Shown here in pieces: positions 8,256 to 15,882 of a DNA stretch of 24,397 nt; within the stretch, counting starts at the first letter, position 1, and each line of letters opens with the position of its first letter. This DNA is from Promethearchaeota archaeon. GTDB taxonomy: Archaea; Asgardarchaeota; Lokiarchaeia; Sigyniarchaeales; SOKP01. A program made the translations under genes and the position numbers. The DNA lies in NCBI GenBank assembly GCA_048938895.1, contig JBHLLU010000045.1, positions 1-24,397 on the forward strand. Direction: 5' to 3'. Under the pieces are notes generated by a model that was given only the letters and a program-made list of their open reading frames with translations, made no database searches and was not told where the DNA came from.

Positions 8256-9662
8256 ATTAATTTACACGTAGCTACAAACTGGGATTTAGTCCTTATAGAT
8301 GAAATTGCCCAATATCCCGTCAGTGATTTATATGGTGTAGCAGATCATACAATTATAGGAGGGGGTCGTCCCTCGTTCTTACTACAGAAAGTAACTGACG
8401 AATTTATTGCAGAATATATAAAAAAATTGGATCAAAAAGATATTGGTTTTTCATATCTATTAAATGCTCCATGTATGAATAATATGGAATATGATTCACA
8501 CTATCATAAAGAAATCCTTAAATATCTGGAGTGGATTAGCAATATTGGAGCAAATAGTGTTACGGTGACGATTCCATTTCTTATACAGCTTATTAAAGAA
8601 CAATTTCCTAAATTAAAAATAAGAGTTTCTACAATCGCTCATGTTAATAGTGTTAATCGTGCAAAATTCTATGAAATGCTGGGAGCAGATGAAATTACTC
8701 TCGATGTAATGATTAATCGCGATTTTAAAACATTAGAACATATTCAAAAAGCAGTAAAGTGTAAAATTATAGTCCTCTTAACTGATGGATGCTTATACCA
8801 ATGTCCATTTCGATATTATCATTATAATACGCTGGGGCATGCTTCACAAACATATCAACAGTTTGAACGCAATTATATTGATACATGTATCTTAAACTGT
8901 AGCACTATTAAATTCTCAGATCCAACAGAGGTCATTAAGGCAAGATGGATTCGACCAGAAGATTTATCGCATTATGAAGCAATTGGAATTGATAATTTTA
9001 AAATAGCTGGGCGTCGCATGTCAACGGAATGGATTGCTAGGTCTGTAAAAGCTTTCTCTTCCCGAAGATATGATGGAAATCTTATCGATATAATTCAAGG
9101 ATTCTCTATGTCTTTTGGGGGATTAGAACAAAAAGATCCAAATATGAAATTAACAGAAACAGTAAAGAAAGAGTCAAAAGCAAAATTAATAATTGATAAT
9201 ACGAAATTGGATGGTTTTATTGACTTTTTTAAAACACAGAATTGCTTAGCAATGTGTAATGAATGTAATTATTGTGATGAGTGGGCAAAAAAAGCAATAG
9301 AAGTTAATGAAGAAGAATCTCAACGATATGTAGAATCGATAAAACAGTATATGAATGATATTTTAACTAGCCGTGAATTTGGTGTTGAGTCAGTTAAGTC
9401 AAAAGAAATAGAAAAAACGGGTTTAGATTGGGATAGTGAAACAAAAAGATTATTTAATGAACTTATTAAGTTATCACCACCTCAATTTCAGCAGATGGCA
9501 AGAATGGCTATTTCTTCACTTGCAGAAGAAAAAGCACATAAGAGAGATTCATATATTGTTGAAAATCAGGATATAATAAACGCGTTTATAGAAGGAACTC
9601 CAGGACCATTTCAAGCTGATATGAGAGACGGACTTAAAAAATATGGTTTATTGGACAAATAA
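8256..9662 (+). CDS. U32 'peptidase' family Fe-S protein (superfamily of UbiU/UbiV/TrhP/RlhA) with C-terminal DUF2621/PCP_red-like module; probable ATT start
   Basis: In-frame extension upstream of the ORF-track start gives INLHVATNWD...LYG...GGGRPS...FSYLLNAPC, a typical N-terminus for this U32 subgroup. Also GCLYQCP, CILNC, WIRPEDL, FKIAGR, CLAMCNECNYC. SD GGTGAG at 8246-8251. Confidence 0.85.
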   Translation: MNLHVATNWDLVLIDEIAQYPVSDLYGVADHTIIGGGRPSFLLQKVTDEFIAEYIKKLDQKDIGFSYLLNAPCMNNMEYDSHYHKEILKYLEWISNIGANSVTVTIPFLIQLIKEQFPKLKIRVSTIAHVNSVNRAKFYEMLGADEITLDVMINRDFKTLEHIQKAVKCKIIVLLTDGCLYQCPFRYYHYNTLGHASQTYQQFERNYIDTCILNCSTIKFSDPTEVIKARWIRPEDLSHYEAIGIDNFKIAGRRMSTEWIARSVKAFSSRRYDGNLIDIIQGFSMSFGGLEQKDPNMKLTETVKKESKAKLIIDNTKLDGFIDFFKTQNCLAMCNECNYCDEWAKKAIEVNEEESQRYVESIKQYMNDILTSREFGVESVKSKEIEKTGLDWDSETKRLFNELIKLSPPQFQQMARMAISSLAEEKAHKRDSYIVENQDIINAFIEGTPGPFQADMRDGLKKYGLLDK

Positions 9663-9703
9663 TTTTTATTTTACTTTTTTAACCTAAATTTCTAAAAAAA
9701 AAC
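9660..9703. terminator. Putative bidirectional oligo-T terminator between convergent genes
   Basis: T-tracts on + (tttttattttactttttt) right after the U32 stop. An A-tract (T-tract on the minus strand) lies right after the LuxE-like stop. Confidence 0.45.
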
Positions 9704-11005
9704 TTAATAAACCCAGTTAATTAAAGAAGAACAACTTTTTCCTTGAGCATTTTTCAATCTCCCTATAATACGAAAGGTAGCTCCTGCATAACCACATTCC
9801 GGGCATTTAGTTTTCGAGACTAAATCAATTATATCGTCAACTAATACCGCTTGATTTATTGTACCATTAACACCATAAGGAGTAAGTACTTCCAAGAGTC
9901 CTTCTTCTCCTTTAGTAACTGGCTCCAAGTTTTCAAGGTCTCTAACAATTATTCTAGAAGTATCGGGACAATGGAGTAGGAAATCTTGATATTTTTCAGA
10001 CCAATGACCCCCAAATAGAGTTGGTCCTTCTGTAAAAGCATAAATATCCGCAAAATCTTTAGGTTTAATATTAAAGACTTTTTCATAATTTTCAAGAAAC
10101 TTCACTTTACTCACTTTGCCCATCTTCGCTTCACCTTTAACTCCATCCCATCCACCACCACCACAATTGACAGTAGCTTTTCCATCAAGATCAAAAAAAA
10201 TATTTTCTTTTAATAATCTTCTCTCAAACATATTATTCATTAAAAGAGGACTTCCACCAAAGATTATTTTACTTACTTCTACGTCTTTCCAGTGACCTTT
10301 TTTTAAGATGATCTCAATCATCTTTAGCATTTTACTAACATCTAGTACAAATCCTCCTCGTATTGAAAAAGTCGAAATTATAGCCCATATTGTTTTTAAA
10401 ATTTTGAATTTTACCATATATTCTTCATGTCCATAATATTCCCATGGTTTATTCATGCATGCTGTGAAATAACGAGTTTTATTGACAAATTCAAATCCCT
10501 TTGCATTCCGTTTAGCCATTAATGACATAAATAAGCGATCTGGTGCAAAATTAAAAACTAAACATTGCTTAGAGTCTTGTTTTAAATCCCTCCAACCAAA
10601 AAATTCTGTAAAAACTTTGATTGAGTTATACTGTATTTGATCAAAATCTTTTAAAGTTCGAGGAACTATTGATGGATCTCCTGTAGTAGAGGATGAGCAT
10701 GAAAAAAGAACAATTTCATTAAGAGGAACCTTGAGTAATTGAAGATTATTGTTTGCGGATTTTTTATAGGCTTCTGTTGGAATAAATGGGATTTGATTTA
10801 AATTATCAATAGTTAACTCTTCTGGAACTGTAAACTTAAAATTTTTACAGAGTTTATCCTTATAATAATTACAATTCTTATAAGATAGTATAACTTGTTC
10901 TAGGAGATCCTTACAAAATATATCATCTGAGTAATCTCGTGGAGCAAAATCAAAATATTTTGTTCTTAACTCATCAGGTAAATGATCGTGGAATTTTAAC
11001 AACAT
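9704..11005 (-). CDS. LuxE-like acyl-protein synthetase (ANL/PaaK-related)
   Basis: IPFIPTEAYK, SSSTTGDPS (adenylation P-loop), GGGWDG, DIYAFTE, EEGLLEVLTPY, DDII, CPECG..FRIIGRLKNAQGKSCS (C-terminal acylation-site Cys typical of LuxE). Confidence 0.82.
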   Translation of the reverse strand: MLLKFHDHLPDELRTKYFDFAPRDYSDDIFCKDLLEQVILSYKNCNYYKDKLCKNFKFTVPEELTIDNLNQIPFIPTEAYKKSANNNLQLLKVPLNEIVLFSCSSSTTGDPSIVPRTLKDFDQIQYNSIKVFTEFFGWRDLKQDSKQCLVFNFAPDRLFMSLMAKRNAKGFEFVNKTRYFTACMNKPWEYYGHEEYMVKFKILKTIWAIISTFSIRGGFVLDVSKMLKMIEIILKKGHWKDVEVSKIIFGGSPLLMNNMFERRLLKENIFFDLDGKATVNCGGGGWDGVKGEAKMGKVSKVKFLENYEKVFNIKPKDFADIYAFTEGPTLFGGHWSEKYQDFLLHCPDTSRIIVRDLENLEPVTKGEEGLLEVLTPYGVNGTINQAVLVDDIIDLVSKTKCPECGYAGATFRIIGRLKNAQGKSCSSLINWVY

Positions 11006-11072
11006 AAGAAAGTTGTCTTCAAAAAATACTGCTAGAATTAAAAAATATAGAAGGAATAAAATAATTTAAAGA

Positions 11073-12425
11073 TTATTTTACTGATAAAGCTTTAATTTCT
11101 TCTTCTTGTTTTTCCAAAATCATAGGTGTTTTTTCCCAGCTAATCTCTTTTGGAAGTTTGAATTGTCGTAAAAACATATAAAGATGGATAAACCCGCTTA
11201 TGAGAAAATACAGTAAAATACTATAATGACCATCACCATATTTCCGTACAGCATTAAATAAAAATCCAAATTGAAAGATTAAACAGGAAAGTGTCCAAGT
11301 TAACAAATACCATTCTCTAGTTAGAATTTGTAATATTGCAAATAATATTACAATCGGGATCCATGTGTCTAGGTTACCTATGAACGTCATTGTCATATTC
11401 CTCGAAATTATTATTGATTTTCCACTTTTTTCTTCACTATCCATAGACATTAACTTTGGCATATCAAAAATATAACCTGCAAGCCAACGAGTTCGCTGTT
11501 TTACCAGAATTTCCCATTTTGTAGGGACATATTCAGAGACCCTTGCTTTTGGTGAAAAAAATATGTTTATCCCGTCTAAATTTAGTAATACAGAAAGGTA
11601 AAGATCCTCTGTCATTGAATCCTCATTAAAACCCCCATATTTTTGGAGTTGTTCAGTACTAATAGCAAAATTTCTCCCAAATGCATAAGCCGAGGATCCT
11701 AATCTATTTTTTGTTTCAAATAAGATGCCTCCACCAGAAATTGTGGCATAATCAAGGTAAATACCTTTAGTTAATTTGTTAATTTTCCAATTTTCTACTA
11801 AAACAGGGCCTATAACAGCCTTTATCCTATCATCTTGAAAAGGAGCAATTAAATTTCTTAGTGTATTTGATTCTAAAATGCATCCTGAATCATAGAGTAC
11901 GACAATATCATTCTTTACATGTTTTAATCCATAATTCAAGGCAGGAGGTTTTCCTTTTTTAGGAAGATTATCAGATAGTACCTCTATGTCCATCATACCA
12001 TTTTCATTAGCAAATTTTTTTGAAAATTCAGTTGTATCGTCTGTTGATCCGCTTGTAATTATTATAATCTGGATGTTTTCCTTAGGATAATTTGATTTAA
12101 GAATAGAATTTAGTGTTCTCTCTAATAATATCTTTTCATTTTTAGAAGCAATTAATATACTAAGTTTTGCATTATATTCTCTCTTAACTCTATATCCCCT
12201 ACCAAAAGATGCCAAGAAATGTATTCCATAATATACTACAAATCCTATTAACATTATTAAACCGATTAGGGGGAAAATAAAGACCCAATTGGTTAGTGGA
12301 TCAAGAATAAAACGATTCAGGGCTCTCTTTACTCCTGATGAAAAAATTGGTGGGAGGTACATATGTAAAAGAACAAAAAATGCGACGCATACAGATCCAT
12401 ATAATAATAGTCTTGACAATTTCAT
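11073..12425 (-). CDS. Membrane-integrated glycosyltransferase family 2 (QxxRW type)
   Basis: SILIASKNE, SGSTDDT, GKPPALN, TEDL and QRTRW motifs, with N- and C-terminal TM helices. Confidence 0.9.
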   Translation of the reverse strand: MKLSRLLLYGSVCVAFFVLLHMYLPPIFSSGVKRALNRFILDPLTNWVFIFPLIGLIMLIGFVVYYGIHFLASFGRGYRVKREYNAKLSILIASKNEKILLERTLNSILKSNYPKENIQIIIITSGSTDDTTEFSKKFANENGMMDIEVLSDNLPKKGKPPALNYGLKHVKNDIVVLYDSGCILESNTLRNLIAPFQDDRIKAVIGPVLVENWKINKLTKGIYLDYATISGGGILFETKNRLGSSAYAFGRNFAISTEQLQKYGGFNEDSMTEDLYLSVLLNLDGINIFFSPKARVSEYVPTKWEILVKQRTRWLAGYIFDMPKLMSMDSEEKSGKSIIISRNMTMTFIGNLDTWIPIVILFAILQILTREWYLLTWTLSCLIFQFGFLFNAVRKYGDGHYSILLYFLISGFIHLYMFLRQFKLPKEISWEKTPMILEKQEEEIKALSVK

Positions 12426-12442
12426 TCTTGATAATCTCTTCT

Positions 12443-13375
12443 CTACTTTTCATTATCCATTTTCTTTAGATTTTTCCATATATATTTTCCAAATCCTATC
12501 ACAGAATATATCATAATAGCTAGTAAAGTGATCTGAAAAATAAACATACACCATGTAGTTATTCCAGTATGCGAGGATTCCCAGATTGCAGCGGCATCGG
12601 GATTTATTAGACTTGTAAGAAGTACTGTTAGGCTTGAAACACCGTAAATCGCAAAAAAAGTAGCAATTATCAATATTCGCGTAATTCTTTCCCCGATAAA
12701 GGGTTTTGTTTCATGCAAACCTAAACCTTCATGTCTAGCCCTCATATATTCATAGAGGAATATTATAAAAATATTCGTCCATATCATCCATTTGAAATCA
12801 TATTTGCTACCAGATAGAATTGAAAACCCTGTAGGAATTAAACATACCAACATTAATGTATCGCTGACTCTATCAATAATATTATCGAACCATGCTCCAC
12901 TTTTTGACTTTTTATCTAGTAACCTTGCGATAGCACCATCTATCCCATCGATCAATCCTGTAAATAAAACCAATAAAGCGAATATTACAAACCAGAACCC
13001 AAAAATAGGCTGTTCAGTAAGAATATCCAATGTATGCCCGAGTCCTGCTACTAACACCCCATAAAATATAAAAAGTGAAAAGATCAAATTCATTATAGAC
13101 ACTTTATTTGGGCTCAATCCCCATTTTATAAAGACTTTTGCACCCTTATAGGTTAATGGCATATATATTAAACCTGCTGGATCCTTTTTCATTTGGGCAA
13201 ATTGTTCTTCTACTTTATGAGCTTGTCCATGATCTCTAAGCCAATCCTTTATAAAGTCATCACAACTCATAAAATCCTGTTCTGCCCTTCTATTAGGTCT
13301 TCCGCTTATTAGAATTACTATAAGAAAAATCAATAAGATTATTGGAAATCCAATTATAAATATTAACTCTAGCAT
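12443..13375 (-). CDS. CDP-alcohol phosphatidyltransferase family protein
   Basis: SPNKVS and the signature DGIDGAIAR-x7-SGAWFDNIIDR; multiple TM helices. Confidence 0.92.
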   Translation of the reverse strand: MLELIFIIGFPIILLIFLIVILISGRPNRRAEQDFMSCDDFIKDWLRDHGQAHKVEEQFAQMKKDPAGLIYMPLTYKGAKVFIKWGLSPNKVSIMNLIFSLFIFYGVLVAGLGHTLDILTEQPIFGFWFVIFALLVLFTGLIDGIDGAIARLLDKKSKSGAWFDNIIDRVSDTLMLVCLIPTGFSILSGSKYDFKWMIWTNIFIIFLYEYMRARHEGLGLHETKPFIGERITRILIIATFFAIYGVSSLTVLLTSLINPDAAAIWESSHTGITTWCMFIFQITLLAIMIYSVIGFGKYIWKNLKKMDNEK

Positions 13376-13547
13376 TTAGACTCACAGATGGTTGTTTTTA
13401 AAATTACAAAGTTTAATATATTTGAAAATAGATTACAAGAAATATTTAAATTTAATCTTATTTAGGATTAAAATCTTCATTAGATAAATAATCAATCCTT
13501 AAAATATATTCGTTTAGAATTTTCTTTTTTGTAGATGGAGGTAAAGT

Positions 13548-14687
13548 TTAAAATACTTGATAGGCTTCTTTAATAGCTGAACACCCACCACAACGAACGC
13601 ATCCCGCTTTACTTTTTAATGGATTTACTCCATACTCTCTCATTAATTCACCGCTTCTCTCGTATATTTCCAACAAGTCATAATAGTTAGTTAAAGGTAA
13701 ATCACGCTTTCCAGGGATTGCTCTCACTGGTGTTATGTAAGGAATGACTCCTAATGAAATAAGATTTTCTATATCCTTAAGAAAATTTTCTTTATCCTCC
13801 CCAAATCCAGTTAAAACATAACTACTTACTTGATTTTCTCCAAATATATTTATCGCATGTTTCCAATTTTCTTCAAAAAGTTGATAAGAAAGGTGAAATT
13901 TACCAGGAGTAATATCTCTTCTTAAATCTTCATTGAGGATTTCAATATGGATGCCTATTGTATCTGCTCCTGCTTCTTTTAACTTATCAAAATAATCTAA
14001 ATCTTCTAATGCTTCAATTTGTATATGCAATGGGAGATTAGGATGATCTTCCTTAATCCCCTTTAATAATTCAATATACCGCTTTGCTCCTTTATCAATA
14101 GATTGGTCTGTACCACTTGTTAAAGTCATATGAGCACATCTTCCTTCCTTTTTAGCAGTAGTAATGACTTCAGACATCTGCTTTGCATTCTTTTCTTCGA
14201 TGGTTGAGTCATTTTGTAAACTTACTTCAATACCACAAAAAGAACATGCTTCCCCGCACGCCCAGTATACACATTTTTGATATATTGTACTGGCCAAGCA
14301 ATCTATACCATGAACCAAAGCAATTTTTTTCATAGGGATACCATCTGAAGTTTTATATTCTGGGCTATAATAAAGAGGATTTTGAATCAACTTTAGTTTT
14401 CCAAACAAAGCGTTACTCTTTTTGTTAAAAACTTCGAAAAATCCATCCTTATTTTCTTTTAGGAACAGATCTGTTTTTTCTGGGCTATTCCATAATGCAA
14501 TATTAACAAGAGTAGAATTATCCTCTAATAGAAAATATCTACCTCCAGACGGTCCAGCACCTCCTTTTCGACCATAGTCAATAAAAATCCCTTGATTCTT
14601 ATAATGATCGATTAATTCCTCATCAAGATATAGTCCACTGCAGAGTAATTTGGTCTTTTGCCTTAGAGCGGTTTCTTTACTTATCAT
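13548..14687 (-). CDS. Radical SAM protein, MSMEG_0568/NitD-like family
   Basis: GRKGGAGPSG near the N-terminus, HGIDCLASTIYQKCVYWACGEACSFC, LTSGT, GIHIE, and C-terminal KAGCVRCGGCS. Confidence 0.8.
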   Translation of the reverse strand: MISKETALRQKTKLLCSGLYLDEELIDHYKNQGIFIDYGRKGGAGPSGGRYFLLEDNSTLVNIALWNSPEKTDLFLKENKDGFFEVFNKKSNALFGKLKLIQNPLYYSPEYKTSDGIPMKKIALVHGIDCLASTIYQKCVYWACGEACSFCGIEVSLQNDSTIEEKNAKQMSEVITTAKKEGRCAHMTLTSGTDQSIDKGAKRYIELLKGIKEDHPNLPLHIQIEALEDLDYFDKLKEAGADTIGIHIEILNEDLRRDITPGKFHLSYQLFEENWKHAINIFGENQVSSYVLTGFGEDKENFLKDIENLISLGVIPYITPVRAIPGKRDLPLTNYYDLLEIYERSGELMREYGVNPLKSKAGCVRCGGCSAIKEAYQVF

Positions 14688-14919
14688 TTTATGCTTCTAT
14701 GCTGTGATTCCAAATCTATACTTTCAAAATCCTAGTATCCAGCAAGATTTTTATATGATCTGCTAATCTTCTATAAGTCTATATGAAAATTTATTTTGAA
14801 ATTATATGGTCTAATATTTATTTAGTATCTATAAGATTCAAAAACCTTATTAGATTTAAATTATTCTTGATTAATAACAAATAATTCTGAATTTATTTGA
14901 AGTGGAACTTTAACTAGTT

Positions 14920-14926
14920 AGGTGAT
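14920..14926 (+). promoter_or_regulatory. Shine-Dalgarno site AGGTGAT for rpl10e
   Basis: Archaeal-type SD 3 nt before ATG 14930. Confidence 0.55.
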
Positions 14927-14929
14927 AAG

Positions 14930-15562
14930 ATGGCAAATAAACGACCATGGCATTGCTATAGCAAATGGACAAGGAGACCTTACCAACATAAAAGATCTCC
15001 AAATCATCGGCGAGAATATGCTCGTGGTGGATCTCAATCTAAGATAGTTCGCTATTGGGGTGGTAATAAAGAAATACCTTGGGAAGAGTGGGACCTAGTT
15101 GTTGGCCTTAAAGTTAATAGACAGATTCAAATCTCCTCTAATACTCTTGAAGCAATTAGAATCACAATCAATGGGGCTCTTCAACGTAAATTAGGAAGAC
15201 AAAATTATCGTCTAAGGATACGACCGAAACCATTTCAAAAAATACGCGAAAACCGCATGCTTGCATTTGCAGGTGCTGATAGAGTACAATCTGGAATGAG
15301 AAATTCATTTGGACGATCAATGGGGGTAGCTGCTAGGATCAGAGCAGGACAAATTATTTTAGATGTTGGTACGCATTTAAGAAATCTTTCATTAGTAAGA
15401 GATCGTCTACGTGTTTCTTCTATGAAAGTTGCAAGTCCTTGTCAGATCGTAGTTTTAAATTATAAAACTCCCGAAATTTTAAAACGATCTGGTTTACCTC
15501 TCTATGATGCCAAAAAACGAAAAGAAATTCCCATTTACGAATTAGAATTCGCGAAAACTTAA
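14930..15562 (+). CDS. rpl10e: 50S ribosomal protein uL16 (L10e, archaeal/eukaryotic type)
   Basis: MANKRPWHCY, QISSNTLEAIRI, RIRPKPFQKIRENRMLAFAGADRVQSGMRNSFGR, AARIRAGQ: diagnostic L10e motifs. Confidence 0.96.
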   Translation: MANKRPWHCYSKWTRRPYQHKRSPNHRREYARGGSQSKIVRYWGGNKEIPWEEWDLVVGLKVNRQIQISSNTLEAIRITINGALQRKLGRQNYRLRIRPKPFQKIRENRMLAFAGADRVQSGMRNSFGRSMGVAARIRAGQIILDVGTHLRNLSLVRDRLRVSSMKVASPCQIVVLNYKTPEILKRSGLPLYDAKKRKEIPIYELEFAKT

Positions 15563-15882
15563 CTTCTTCTGTTATCTTTCAATAATCCATATTTATCTCT
15601 ATAAAAAATTGGTTAATATATAGTTCTATGAATCTTATTTAATCTATTTCGATGTTGTTTATATTAGCTAATGCACAAATAAAATGAGTAAATTAGAATA
15701 TTGGTATCCTTAATCATTTCAAATTTTTCCCATTCATAATGATTATGCATTATTTAACCTTAAAACTGTTCTAACTAGCAATATTATTATATTGAATATT
15801 CTATTTTGTGTAAGTGTAAAATATAATAATTTGTGTATATTCTTAAAATTAATAGATATTAAAACGGTTTGAATCCTAGACC

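Noticed and set aside
8427-8429. TTG start given by the ORF track for the U32 gene
   Set aside because: It would remove conserved N-terminal motifs (TNWD, LYG, GGGR) encoded in frame upstream.
8256-9662. Calling the U32 protein a collagenase/protease, or naming it ubiU/ubiV
   Set aside because: Characterised U32 proteins are mainly Fe-S hydroxylases, and the Cys spacing here differs from UbiU/V, so orthology is unsupported.
9704-11005. Bioluminescence (lux) operon
   Set aside because: No luxA/B/C/D in the window; LuxE-like genes are widespread outside luminescence.
12289-13064. Plus-strand ORFs 12289..12516 and 12792..13064
   Set aside because: Antisense to the GT2 and CDP-alcohol transferase genes, which have clear motifs.
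15563-15882. Longer intergenic region as a possible ncRNA or TATA/BRE promoter
   Set aside because: Very AT-rich with many TATA-like words and no convincing structure; no specific element can be supported.
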